The translations under genes were made by a program, and so were the position numbers. DNA of 64,000 nucleotides. Origin: Lama glama (lineage: Eukaryota). The notes below the pieces were generated by a model. It was not told the DNA's origin, made no database searches, and saw only the letters and a list, made by a program, of their open reading frames with translations. Position 1 is the first letter of the stretch. Every line of letters begins with the position of its first letter. Location of the stretch: NCBI GenBank assembly GCA_028534125.1, contig CM052818.1:40302001-40366000 (forward strand), written 5' to 3'. This document shows, piece by piece, positions 50,912 to 64,000 of this stretch.

Positions 50912-51475
50912 AGCAGAAGTTCTCAAACTTTCTAATTTTTTCATGATGCCCTTAGGCCAAAGGAAATATCTACAGTTTATTTATTAAGTAATTAGGTCCA
51001 AGCAACCTAATAATTATTTATGCAACAACTTGGTAGCTGTTTGAAAAAATAATATACATAGCTGAAAGAAAAAAGGATTTTTTTTTCATTTTTCAATCAC
51101 CATAATTATTATAACCATAAGTATACTAATGGGAAATGTGCGTCTGTTGCTCACTGTTCCAACTTGTCAGACTTTGAAATCAGATGGGAACATAGCCACC
51201 CTTATTTCTGTTCTATGTCGATTTTAACATTGTACTTGGATTTTATTATAGCAACTGCTAAAAAGTCAGCCCTGCAAAGATATGACATCATCAAAAGGAA
51301 TATAGCACACTATGATGTCGAAGCTGTGAACCACCTGGAGCTTGTAGTTTTTAGATATTGAACAGAGTATCATTTTCTTTCCCTTGAAAATTTAAAATAC
51401 TCCAGATCACTCCCAAATCACCCTGAGAGTTCCTTGTGACTCCCTAGGGCACCTTGATGCACAGTTTGGGAACTG
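50912..51475. mobile_element. hAT-Charlie DNA transposon relic in the RDH14 intron
   Basis: Inverted termini 'cagaagttctcaaact' and 'agtttgggaactg'. Confidence 0.6.
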
Positions 51476-51647
51476 TTACAGATCTACAGGGTGTTTTGTT
51501 TTGTTTTTATGGCTCATTATCAGGTAAAATAGGTTAAGAAATAAGAAATAATAGTGTATAAGAGATATTGGTAGAATCAAAAGTGGGTCTTCCTATTCTT
51601 CATTAAAAATGTAGGTGGGACTGGATATATTTATTCCTTGATACCTA

Positions 51648-51685
51648 TGTTTTGTTGTTTGTTTGTTTGTTTGTTTGTTTGTTTT
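51648..51685. repeat. (GTTT)n microsatellite
   Basis: Direct reading. Confidence 0.85.
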
Positions 51686-53238
51686 ACTACTTTGGCCACC
51701 TGAGACAGAACCAATTAAAAGTTAAGGTGATAAAGAGATAACTAAGTTGCTCTTGCTTCTAAGTATGTATTCTTTCTGTGCTCTGAAGTTCAGTAGTTCA
51801 GTGACTATAACCAGAATTTAAAAAAAAAAAAAGTGGAAGTGTAAATTTCCCACAGGTTGGTATTCTTGGTATTTATGTCATTTATCTCCTAGATTTTAAA
51901 AAACAGTAAATGATAAAGTCTTAAAATAACACAAGCCCAGCAAAGAATGATGGCTCAGAAATGATTAATACAGGAAACTCTTCCAAAGGATTACTGAAAA
52001 GAACACTCCTTTCTTTCCCCCACGGGTGAACTTTTGCCTTCTTTTTGAAGTTGACTATTGGAAAAGCAAAAGGTGCTTAGACAGACAGAATGAGAAATAG
52101 TTAATCCTCTGACAGGTAGGCTCTGATAGCAGTTGTGAAATTTAACACATTTTTCTTTTCACGTATACTTGGCAGAAGAGCCAATGATATTTGAAATTTG
52201 ACCTCAGATGTATTTAATTGTGGGTCATCACTGTGTCTTTACACCTGGAATGTGTAGTACATTTCTTTTTCTCTGCCCATCAGAAGAGACAGGGGAGCCA
52301 GGAAAGGACGACGGAAAACCAGCTTACATGAATTAAGGAATGAAAAGACTTCCCTTTGAGGACAGTCTAAACGTTAGGACTTTAATCTGGAAAGATGCAA
52401 GATATGGTCAAAATGCAAAATTCTGACTGTGTGGATCTCCTAAGTTGGCCCCTGGAAGCTTGGAAGAGAGAGATTTCTTATAGGGAAAACAGAGTTGTGA
52501 ATTCTGGAGTAATCGTAGAAGTTAAAGGTGTTTGTTGGGCCTACCTCCTCTGTTCATCTCCTTTGCTGTTATTGTGAAACTTAGTATGTATGATTCATGG
52601 GGTTGTTTCTGATATTTTTATATTACCTGTTTAATTTGTTTCTTATTGTTTCTTTGATTTATTCACGATGTTCTCTCCAGTCTTAATCTGCATCCCTGAG
52701 CCTCTCTATTGCTTGTCCCAGTTTTAAGGAAACAACTTGAAGTTGCTCCACCCCCATGGTGCCATTTCCCCTTAGAAAACTGCATAATAAAGCAACCCTA
52801 ACTTGCCCCTGGTGTTGATACTAGTAGCTCTGGGCATAAACAGTGCTGACCTGTTCTCTGCTGTAGTTCCACTCTAGCTCACATCGGCTGTCAAGCTGCG
52901 GTTTGAAAATCCCAGTTAGAGGAGCACGCTAGCTTACTAATTAAGAACAGGGACATCCATTTCAGATTTCATTTTAAGATTTTTGCTTGCTACTTAGGTG
53001 TCCTGTGATGCTGTACTGGGTGCTGCAGTTTGCTTATAGAGTTGTTGAGAATAGATGAGGTAACATGAAAAGCACGAGGTCAGGCCCCAGTAAGCATGCA
53101 AGTCGTCATCTTCTTTTCTCTCGATTGTTGAAAACTCAGAGGCGTTTTAGTAGTTTGCAAGAATTTTTTAAAATTTTATTCTCGGCACATTTAAGGCCTG
53201 TGTTCACAATTCTGCCATTCCCTTTTTGACATTTAAAG

Positions 53239-53856
53239 GAAGAGCCTCGACTGGATGTCTTGATCAATAATGCAGGAATCTTCCAGTGCCCTTACATGAA
53301 GACTGAAGATGGGTTTGAGATGCAGTTTGGAGTGAACCATCTGGGGCACTTCCTACTCACCAATCTTCTCCTTGGACTCCTGAAAAGTTCAGCTCCCAGC
53401 AGGATTGTGGTAGTCTCCTCCAAACTTTATAAATACGGAGACATCAACTTTGAAGACTTGAACAGTGAACAAAGCTATAATAAAAGCTTCTGTTATAGTC
53501 GGAGCAAACTGGCTAACATTCTTTTTACCAGAGAATTAGCCCGCCGCTTAGAAGGCACGAACGTCACTGTCAATGTCTTACACCCTGGCATTGTGCGGAC
53601 TAACCTTGGGAGACACATACACATCCCACTGTTGGTCAAACCACTTTTCAATTTGGTGTCATGGGCTTTTTTCAAAACTCCACTAGAAGGTGCGCAGACT
53701 TCGATTTATTTAGCCTCTTCACCTGAGGTAGAAGGTGTGTCAGGAAAGTACTTTGGAGACTGTAAAGAGGAAGAACTATTGCCCAAAGCTATGGATGAAT
53801 CTGTTGCAAGAAAACTCTGGGATATCAGTGAAGTAATGGTTGGCATATTAAAATAG
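53239..53856 (+). CDS. RDH14: RDH14 exon 2 ([13 protein letters not shown]...YSRSK...EVMVGILK*), 205 aa; total protein 336 aa
   Basis: Acceptor atttaaag|GAA in phase 0; SDR motifs NNAG and YxxxK (YSRSK); stop TAG at 53854-53856. Confidence 0.97.
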   Translation, partial: EEPRLDVLINNAGIFQCPYMKTEDGFEMQFGVNHLGHFLLTNLLLGLLKSSAPSRIVVVSSKLYKYGDINFEDLNSEQSYNKSFCYSRSKLANILFTRELARRLEGTNVTVNVLHPGIVRTNLGRHIHIPLLVKPLFNLVSWAFFKTPLEGAQTSIYLASSPEVEGVSGKYFGDCKEEELLPKAMDESVARKLWDISEVMVGILK

Positions 53857-54280
53857 GAACAAGGAGTGGAAGAGAGCTATTTATAAAACTGGATGTCTGC
53901 TCTGTCTTTGATCAGGAGTGGTGTGGCTTGGGCACTTGCTACTTGAAAACACAATTTTGGTTTTACAGTAGTCCTGCTAAGAGGTACATGTGGATATTTT
54001 GAAGTTACTAAAAGGTTACTTTTGAAGAACCTAAAATTTCAGAAAAGATAATTTAAATATATATATAATAAGCATATGAATAATTATACTAAGTGATGCA
54101 GTTATATTTTAAGAATTATAATTGAAGCATGGATTACAAATACTAAAGAATTCAGTGATTTAAAATAGATTAAATATTATCTGAGTTTATGGTATATTTA
54201 AGGTGTTCAGTACTTTAATCATAATGCTGGTTTTTGTGTGGAAATAATATGCCTGGTGTGAATGTGTAATTCTTACTTGG

Positions 54281-54286
54281 AATAAA
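54281..54286 (+). terminator. Probable RDH14 polyadenylation signal AATAAA
   Basis: About 425 nt after the stop, with upstream TGTA and downstream TGTGTATTTCTT GU/U-rich tract. Confidence 0.65.
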
Positions 54287-54734
54287 TTTACTGATGCAAA
54301 TTCTTAACTGTGTATTTCTTCAGAAGTTTCACTGAAATTAATCCTTTATCCCATTATCCTGTACTGATCCCCGTATGCTCACTGTCTTTTCTTCCCACAT
54401 ATCCTGCACTGCTTTAAGAAGTAATATTTCTAAAACCCATGCCTGTGTCACGGTGCCATGTCCCTGCTTAAAAACCTGTGGTGGTTTCCAATTCTCCTTT
54501 TTTTTTTTTTTTAAAGCTACAGAATTTCTTTCTTCAAAGGAAGACTTACTCAAATGTGGAAGTTGGATGGGTAGACAGGTCATGGCAGTGCTGTGAGGAT
54601 GGAGTCCTCCAAGGCTATTCCTGAAGGGACTTTGTGGAATTCAGTAGTTTCTAAACCATTTCTAGTTCAACTTTTTAGTATGCTTTTGAGACTCCATGAA
54701 CTGGCCACAGGCTTGCCTTGTACTCTTATTCTCA

Positions 54735-54915
54735 GTGCTGTCCAATAGAACTTTCTGCAGTGATAGAAATGATTCTGACTGCCCTGTCCAATGTGGTAGA
54801 CTCTAGACGTGTGTTTACTGAGTTCTTAAAATATGACTGAGAACTGAATTTCTAATATTATTTAATGTTAATTTCAATTTAAATAGGTTGGGTTACTAAT
54901 GTCTTAGACAGTACA
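54735..54915. mobile_element. MER3-like hAT relic
   Basis: 'cagtgctgtccaatagaactttctgcagtgatagaaatg...ctgtccaatgtggtag...gaactgaatttctaatatt'. Confidence 0.75.
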
Positions 54916-56549
54916 CCCCCACCCATTCCTTTGTATATAACCCAGTCCTCAATATAGACCAGCCACCCGCTTGAATCTGGGCCTTTCCTTATATTGTTCT
55001 TCCAATCTGGAACATCCTCTTTCTCCCTGGGAATACTACTTAGCCTTTAACGTGCGTGCCCATCAAGTGTGTTCTTTGTCTTAATACCTAGAGGAGGAAC
55101 CAGTTCTCACTCTACTTTGTTTTCATTGATCTTGGCAGATTTACTAGAAACTTAGTGTGCTAACTATTTGTTCACAAGCCCAGCTGGACAGTTGGGTTAG
55201 GAACTATCCAGGGAAAGATTTTATTCTTTTATTATATTCTTACTAGTTTTCCTTCCTCAAGAATCAGGGGCAGTACCTGACACACAGTAGACATTCAATG
55301 ATGTTTGAATAAATAATAAGTAATTATTACTCAATTATTTTTGCTATTATTTAGTAGGAATACTGAGTAAGCGGGAGTATTAAGTAAGTAGGAATATTGT
55401 AGGCATCTGTGTTACAACAAAAAATAATAATCTTAACTATTTGTCTTAACTGTAATATTGAGAAAAGAAGTAACAGTAAGGGATGGACTGAACTACACTG
55501 AATTTAATGACCATTTTGGTCAGGGGTAATCCTTGATTGGTTATTATTTTTAAGACTAATATCTGGTTACAGTATCAGTTCTTTATAGGAATGGCAGGAT
55601 CTTGGCAGTTCACATAGAAGGTCTGTTTTCTGTTAGAGTGCTGGGTTGCGAATATGAGAAACACTTAGTGTTTGTATCATCACAGGTGTGTCCTTGCAGG
55701 TGTAGTCGTTAGAGCTGCATCATGTTCTTTGAAACATATTTTTAAAAAAATAACCCTACAAAGAGACCTGCTGAATTTAGAAATATGGGCAGGAAATACA
55801 TCAGAATGCAACCTGGAAAAATGGAAGCTAATAAATCTGTCCTACACCTCGACTTCATTAAAAAGGAGCCCTTTTTCTTCTTCTTTTTCTTTTTTTTCCA
55901 TTTAATACCATCTTTTCTGGCTGCATTTTGATACCTGATGCTTTTCAGGGGATTTGGGCCTTTTGTAAGAGTTGAGCCTTTCGGAGTTCTTGCTTGTGGC
56001 ACTGTAATAAAATAGGATATATTAATTTATCATGATGAAAAACTAGAAACTCATCTGGAAACACCAACTATCAAGGTAAAATGAGCTGCCATTTGGAAGA
56101 TGTCCTTCCCACTCGGTGTTTGTTGGAACTGAGGACTAACAGCCGTAGTATATATAACTGTATATATTAGATTTTGAAGATTATTTAAGCCATTTGCTTC
56201 TCTCTTCTTTCCCCCTTCTGCTGACTTCTAACTATTTCACTGGGCAAGGAAATAAGAAAAAGCAATTCTGTTACTTTGATACTAACTCACCCTTAGCAAA
56301 ATATTGTTAAAAAGAAGCATGTGATGTGCCAGATAATGGAATAATTTTAGTTGGAAACCCATTTTCCTGTTGATTATTGACTTAATCTTTTGAAACATTG
56401 ACTTCTATTTCAAGCAGCTTATTCTGAAAAGGAGTAAGATTTCTGGGTCTTCTGCCTCAAATTCACTCAGAGTAACTATTTTATACAGTGGGGTTCTAAG
56501 TAGCGTTTAACTGGGAAAGCCATTTCACTGCTTAGATATACCACTGCAC

Positions 56550-56765
56550 TGGGTTTGATGAACGACTCCACTGCTTAGTTCTCTCTGTGACCTTGGCAAG
56601 TTACTTAACCTCTCTGAGCTTCTGTCTAAATCAAGGGTCAGCAACATTTTTTAAAAAGGCTAGATTGTAAATACCTAAGATTATTAGGTCACATGCAGTC
56701 TCTGTTACATATTTTTTTGAACAAGTCTTTAAAAACATAAAGACCATGCTTGGCTCATGCGGGCT
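56550..56765. mobile_element. MIR fragment followed by a MER58-like relic
   Basis: 'tgtgaccttggcaagttacttaacctctctgagc' then 'caagggtcagcaac..tttttaaaaaggctagattgtaaata'. Confidence 0.55.
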
Positions 56766-57499
56766 ATCCTGTTGTACTTATGCAACATCCGGATATGTTC
56801 ACTTACTTGTCTTTAAGACACAGTGTAAAGTGGCAGTTCCTGTGTAAACTGTTACTCCTGTTTCTTAAAAAGGCTCCTGTTGTTTCTCCAGATCATTTCT
56901 AATCTTGTGGGACTATTTGCTTACAGACCCAGGAAGTCTGAGAGTGTATTTTTAAGTCTCTCTCCAGCTATCAATTCTGGCAGGAAGAACAGCGGTGATC
57001 TGCCTTCACCTCCCTCTCTCCCAAATCTGCTGGGCCTGGCCAGAGATCTGAGAGAATCTATATTTGAATATTTAATTGATTCCAAATGTGCTAAGGAACA
57101 CTGAAGACAGGACATGTTACTAATCACTCTTCAAGAGCGGGGCCCCCACAGAAACAGCTTCAGATGTTTCACAAACCTTCTCCGGACAAGAGGGAGTTAA
57201 ATTAGTTACAGGTTAACTTGGAGGAAGGGCGTTTATTCCTAGAGGTAAGTTAGATGGTGTGCTCAGTTTTATACCGGCATTAAGGAAGAGTTTTTGCTAC
57301 ACTACAGGTTTAATCAAAGTATAGTAGAAGCACTCGTAACATACCATCACCTAATAGACTTGCTGTATTAACTGATTCTCCGTTCTTTTTGCAAGATGTG
57401 GTGACTGATGCCCACAGCATGCGAATGCACTAGACGGGCAGTATCCCCTCTAAGCTACCTCTGGCATTTCTGCTCCCACCTGTTCTGTTATGCACTGGG

Positions 57500-57740
57500 T
57501 AACATTTATTTAACAAATATTTATTGAATGCCTAGTATGTGCCAGGCTTTATTCCAGGCTTGGGGGACACAGGAGGCAACAAAGGGAACCAGATGAAATC
57601 TGTGTGTGTCTGTGAGCTGTGTTTGTTGATAATCGTAATAGAAGTTATTCATCATAATGCAAACCAATGAAATATGAATACAGAGAAAGAGAATTTCCGT
57701 GAAAAGTAAGCTGAGTGCTTTGTAAAAACTAAATGAAGGC
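57500..57740. mobile_element. L2 3' end fragment
   Basis: 'catttatttaacaaatatttattgaatgcctagtatgtgccaggc'. Confidence 0.7.
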
Positions 57741-60700
57741 AAATCACTAGAAACTTACAGTTGAATAAAGTTTCAAAACAACAGTCAGATACTAAAAATA
57801 AATATAAAAATCTAAAAAGTGTCTATATTCAGTGCTTTGCAAGTGGCTTTAAATTTTGACTCCATTTTAAAGACACAAAAGCTAGAAATCATAGACTATA
57901 TAATTTGAGTGTAATGTAAGGTGAAATTCTAAGTGAACTCAAACAACAAAGACAAGCCTTCGGCTTTATATCAGAAGTTGGGAAATGAGTGAACATTTTC
58001 TGTGTTTTAAATTCAAATAATAATTTTGTGTTGCATACGATTATTTATGATTTTCTTCTTTAATCAACTTTTCATGTAACTAACTAATTTCGAATAAGAA
58101 GGCTCCTATTGTATAAAACAGAATTATCACTGACGGAAACATTTCAGTTTGGAGGAACTGACAATAAGTGTATCTGTGTAGTGAATCATATTTTCCCAAA
58201 GCCTTCTAATCTAAATTTTGGAATATGTTTTATTTTTTTCAAATGTCCCAATATATTGAATTTATGATTTGATATATTTGGTCCTGAATGTTTTTGCAGC
58301 CGAAGCCTTATTTTCATTATCAACTCTGCTTCTCTCTCTCATTTAATTATGTTAAATAGATAAGGTCTCAGACACTTAACAGAGTTACTTTTCAGTGTGT
58401 CATTTTATGGTTAGAAGTTGTCACATTACATATGATGTATTACAGCTTGATCTGTCCTAAGTTTCAGGAATTAAAGTCTACTTAAAAAATAACAAAAAAA
58501 GAAGTTTCAAATTTCCTTTATAAATTCTAACCTAAGAAAATACCAGTACTTTTCTTTCTTTTTTTTTTTTTGGATGCTCCATAGACCTGGACAATTATCC
58601 AATTATTAGCAGAATGGCTCTAAATCCTAATGGCACCTTTTTTCTACTATGAAAGCAATAAGATGAAAGTAAGTAAATAGAAGTTTAACTAGCAAATTTA
58701 GTCAAAAGATTTTTATCTGTGCAGATCTATATAACAGTGTTGGTGTTTTAGGCATATCTGGAAGTTGCACACAGGGCTTGAGGAAATGCTAGGCACTGAG
58801 AAATATATAATCATTATTAGTTTGTGAAAACAGCAGTGCGAGTTTCTGCCACCAACCCATGAAAGCACAGGAAGTGGCTTCATGTAGTAGGTGTTCGCGT
58901 CTAAGCATTCTGTTGACAGAAGCGGGCTCTACCCAGGGATTTTGTGTTAATGTAATCAAACACTTCAGCGCTGCAGCCTCGCAAACTCAAGTCCACCCAC
59001 CTCAGAGTTTATCTTTAGCTCATCTGGAAGAGTTTATTTTAAACATTGAACATTGTTTGCTGCTGTTGAAATGAAAGTGAGAGAGTTACAAGCTTTCTTC
59101 CACTGCCATCTGGCAGATTTACTGATGGATGGATTCTTTAATCCATGCAGCCCCGTGTGTGGGAGCTATTGTCTCCCTGTTGATCATGCAGCTGGCTTGG
59201 CTGAACTTTAAAAAGCTCACACAAAGCTATCAAACGCCATCCTATAGATAAATGAAGTTGGGGGGGCGTTACAAAAGTCACTGTATATTTTTCATTTTTC
59301 TCTGAGCACACATTTTTTTACTCTATAGTTTCCTATGAACTGGAAGAGAGAATACCTCTATTTGAATATTTTGAAAGAAATAATTGGAAAGCTACAGAAA
59401 AGTGACAATACTTAAATTAGAAAACGTTGGCAGAGTAGAGAGGAAAGGAACAGCAGATTTGGGGGCGTCTCTATCATTAAAGTAAATATGGGATGAAAGA
59501 AGTCAAATGAAACTGCTATGCTTTTCAGTGGGGATTTATCTTTCTATTTTTCCACAGTGTGTGGTATGGGGACATTCAATGGTACACACATTACATAGTT
59601 AATCATTAGTTGTAGCCTCCTTGGGCAAGAAACTAAACAGGATCTGATGCAGTACATCACACTAAGTATAACTTACAAATAACTGTAGTGCACAATTTTG
59701 ATCATACTCACAAATGCGTACACGGGCAGTAAGATATTACACGGGAGCAGTAAGCTATGTGAAAGATACTACGCCTTCACTATAACTTCCATTAAGTTTA
59801 TAGGAACATAAAACGAATTGAACTGAAAATACTGGGAATGTGGTCAATCGCCAGTTTTCTTTCCTCCTTAGATCTGGAGCACCCTTTGTATCTTGCAAAG
59901 GCTGGAGAGTTTTAAAAAAAAATCAACAAAAAAACTACATTACTTATGTTCCGGACGAAAACGCTTCCATCAAATAGATGCCCCTGGACTTAGATTTTGA
60001 AGAGAGAATTGAAAAGGAGGCCTTTCTCCTGCGGTTTTCGGCTGTCTTCTGCTGTCAAGAAAGGCTGTGGATACAGTTATTTCTTTTTGTTTAGTTTGCT
60101 TTTTTTCTTCTGCTGTTTAATAACAAGAGGCAGTTGGGGTAGACCTCACAATTCTGTGTGCACTGACTTCTGAGTGGAGGAGGCTGCGGTGGTGGTGGCC
60201 TCCTGGTCCCTCCCCGTTTCCTGCTCCCCGACACAGCAGTGGTGCTGTGCTGGAACTCCGGATTTCCATCGGCACCCTCCAGGTGGGTTCCCACCTTCTT
60301 GATTGTGGCAGAAGTGATCGCGTCACTTTGTGGGTCAGTTCTGTTGTCTTTTTTGGAGTCATTCCTGTGACTAACCTATCCCACTTTCCCAGCCCTTCCC
60401 ATTATTTTGTAGGCCCCTAATTTATTCTATCTCTTTCTCCTTAAAATATCTGGGGTAGATTTTATTTCCTGTAAAGAAAATCGACCACCAGGATTACTGA
60501 CCAGAGAGAAGAAACGTAAATTTTTCAATAATTATCACCTTGTAAATAAGCAAGTGAAGGCCTATATAGAAGGCAAGAAGAAATTGAATATCACAGCTTG
60601 CAAGGGAGGGGGCTGATGAAAGAGAGGCAGCCAACATGGCATATTTTTGGTGAAATCACCCTAGTGCAACGTTTGGGCCATGACTTAGCAGCCTCAGATA

Positions 60701-63099
60701 TTTCAGTTTGTCAAAATGTCAGTTGATAATGAAAAACCACCAAAGGAACTGAAAATCTCTCCTTTGAAAGCACACTGTACCCAAGTGTGGAAATCTATTT
60801 GGGGGACCAACTTATAGTCAGAATATTGGTTTGTTATTATAGAATCAGAGGAGAGGAAGTTAATTCTGAGGCTGAATGTTTGGTGACATTAGCAGTGATA
60901 CCTGCGTTAGGTGACTCCACAAGCAAGAGACTGAGGCTCTGCATGGACATGGATCTTAACCTGGGCCCTAGAGGGATGTGTTCTGTTGTTGTGGACTATG
61001 CTGCCTCCCGAGTGATACTTTTTTCTTTTTTTAAATATGTATTTGTCATCTAAATATTGCTAGTCTGGCCCAGGAGACTTTTCACCTCTAGTGTACCTCA
61101 CAGAGCGGTGGAAAAGGAGCCAAGTGAATTAGCCACACTCGAAGACACAGATGGGGCAGAGGAATATATTATTCAGAGCTGGAAAGACTAACAGTTGAGA
61201 GACTATCTGAGAATCGTTCCATTTCTGGTGAATGGATTAATTTATCACAGCTGTTTTCCATTTAGGAAAAAATGTAATAAATACTGGGCTTCCTTTAGCA
61301 GGCAGTTTGATGAAGATTGTAGAATGACTTGTAATGGATAACTCTGCATAAGTGTTTGGGGTAGTGTGAATGGACTGGAAAGACATTCATAACCGAGACC
61401 TTGGCTACCCTAGAAAAATTTATTTCTATTTATCTGCTGCGAATCAAATCAGAGAAGTAAAGGTGAGAAGGAATTCAAAGACTAGATGTGAGTTTTCAAG
61501 AACCAAACGATAGTGTGTTGAAGGCAGGGACATACTGGAACATCCCTGCTAACATCTGGTACAGGGCTGTACTCTATCTATTACTCACAAGATATTAGGT
61601 TGATTATTTAATTAGTTAATTAGTGACTTAAAAGCTAAGAGGTCTACCACACTATTGATGGCCGGGGTAGATGGACTGATTTAACTGCCCCGGAAGATGG
61701 TCCCTTACTATACCTTCAAACCCCAAAGGGAGCAAGGGCCCTTCTGGCTTGTGAAAGTCATGCTAGGTTTTCTTGCAGACTCTTATTTGAAAACATGCAA
61801 TAATAAGTATGAAAGCCTTGAGTAAGTGTGTCATCATTTTTGACAACTGCAGTCGTGGTAATTTGGTATTAATAGGAGGGAAGCTAGAATGTCACCATAG
61901 GAGGCTTACAGGCTAAAAAAAAAAAATTGCCCCCGATGCCCCTGGAAGCTTCCACAGAGTTCAAATTATTGACCTCTGCCTTCCAGTTTTTTCTGCAGAT
62001 TCCTGTGTAGTCTAGTAAGCAGTCTGCCTCCAGGTGACTAGGTGAGCTCTTCTAAAGCGAACACAATTAATTCTGCCATAACCAGTATGTCTTTATTCTG
62101 TACCATAATTAATCTTCAAGTAAGTATATCGAGATAAAAAAAAGGGCTCATTTTCTTTTTAAAATAATGCCAAATCCCTGAGACTGTGGGTCATCAATTT
62201 GGAGGACAAATTAGGGGATATGATTAAACTAGAGAAAGTTCTTTCTAGAATGTTAATAACTACTATTTATGTGAGATATTTTACATATATTATCTCTGAT
62301 CCTTGTAAAAACACTGCAAGGTATTCTCATTCATGAGTGAGCTTCGGAAGGCCTAAGTGAATTGCCTGAAGCCTGATGAGCCCAGAATTTGAAACAAAAT
62401 TTTTCAGATTTAGCAGCAGGCACCACTTTTAGCAAACCCAAAGAATGTACACAGAAAAAGTTAAAATTTTCTCTAAAATAAAAACAATAGTGGATATTTA
62501 GTTATCACACTTACAATCACTAGTATTCATGCTTTCCCTTTAATATAATCATTTTCTAGAGTAGATAATATCTTAAGATTTTTTTTTCTAACCGTTAGGT
62601 CAAAAATGTGTTAAATTCTTTTCATTGACTACTATATTTAGTTTCTCTGTCAACACAGCTAGTTGAAAAGATTTCTGCATAATGTTCCCCCAAGTGTAAA
62701 CTATTTATCAGGTGGTTAAATAACCCAGTGCCCAAACCAGAGTGCTGGTTTTCTGCCAGAGGGATGTATATCAACTTTCATGGGTTTGGAGAAATTGCAC
62801 AAACAATGAAGATGTCTGAGTTACATCATAGTACAATGATCAAAAGAACCATATTGCCGTACTTTATAGTGAATGCATCCTTTAAAAAAAATACAACATT
62901 TTTCTCTCCAACATCTGTTGAGAAGTCAAAGAGATTACACATATCCTATCAGTGAAAACCCACTAATTAAAGATTCCAAATACTTAGACTAGCTTTCCTT
63001 ATGATGCAACTGATAACATCCTTGACACATCAATATTATTTCATGTAAATTTTTCTAAATCAATTGAGAGGTGACAGAGGAAAGATTTTTTGTGTGTTT

Positions 63100-64000
63100 T
63101 GTTTTTCAAAATCTTTATTTCAGGGAACATTGGCTTCTGCCAAGGGCAAGATAGGTTATTTGGACCAATTCTTCTTTTAGGACATCTAACAATTCTGATG
63201 AAGATAAGAAAAACTAAATTTTCTTAAACACATCAAAGTGCTGACAAGATGCTGGGAAATTCTTGATCAAAATCATGCAAACATGAAGGTATGAATACTA
63301 AAAGTTAAGTGAGAAGGCAAATTACTTTGGCACAGAGGACATGTGTCTTCTTAGAAAAAAAAAAACAACAATGAATGTAAAGGGCTTTTTGACTACCTAG
63401 AACATGAGGAAGGGTAGAAATGAAAGCCTGGACAAAATCTGGGGTGGACAGACAGCCACACAGATTCCCATTAAGCTGGGATTCTGAAGGACTACACGCT
63501 CAAGGAAAGGATGAGCAAGAATGTACTATACTCCCAACTGTCCCTTGAAACAGGGGAGTTGTCTTAACACTGAGCAAAAGAGGGAATATATGAAAGAAGA
63601 GGAAAGTTATCCTTGGAAAGCTAAAAGCTGACCCCCAGCTCCCATGCAGAAGTGAAAATTGATTTCACCAGGACAAGCCAAAAAACTCAAAACATCAGTT
63701 TGGTGTAAAATTGTTTGGGGCTAGTAATACCCTAGATGACCAGCAGAAAAAAATAAAACAACAACAAAAAACAAACCTCAATGCTCTATAGAGGAGGTTG
63801 CCTTCATAAAACGGCTTGGTCAATCTCTGTAAATAATTTTTTCAAGGGTGATGTCTAGTACTAAGGTTACAGGTACAGGTACCATGAGTGAGAATCAGAT
63901 CACTGATCCAGAAATACCAGATATGGGAATTACCAGGCTTGGATGATATAATCACCATGATTACTGTGTATAAAGAAATAAAAATGAGTTTGAAAAACAA
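63100..64000 (+). mobile_element. Old L1 5' region running into ORF1 relic, truncated by the window edge
   Basis: A-rich; ends with 'ccagatatgggaattaccagg...ataatcaccatgattactgtgtataaagaaataaaa', resembling old L1M ORF1 starts. Confidence 0.5.

Noticed and set aside
1..64000. CRISPR arrays, rRNA genes, operons or other prokaryote-type systems
   Set aside because: No regularly spaced repeat-spacer structure or dense ORF packing; the window is intron-containing mammalian DNA throughout.

Overview
Mammalian genomic DNA, most likely from a camelid (alpaca/llama/camel): there is a Vic-1-like tRNA-derived SINE with target-site duplication and cetartiodactyl-type L1 3' ends, and I saw no Bov-A/BovB, PRE-1 or Alu elements. 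About 25 kb of repeat-rich non-coding sequence is followed by two tandem + strand genes. (1) NT5C1B, cytosolic 5'-nucleotidase IB: 10 coding exons reconstructed by hand, 25358-46384, 1857 nt, 618 aa with the Cys-rich exon 3 or 557 aa without it. All introns are GT-AG and the frame is intact. (2) RDH14, retinol dehydrogenase 14: 2 exons, 49486-53856, 336 aa, with a CpG-island promoter. The splice phases allow an in-frame NT5C1B-RDH14 read-through fusion, which I recall being annotated in human. Other content: a U6 snRNA retrocopy in NT5C1B intron 6, a young 5'-truncated L1 with a 15-bp TSD, a 10.9-kb last intron filled with L1, and many MIR, L2, MLT1 and hAT relics. I found no convincing previously undescribed system. 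The best leads are the fusion architecture, the modular phase-0 N-terminus of NT5C1B, and a fold-back scar at an L1 breakpoint. Repeat family names and boundaries come from visual recognition and are approximate.
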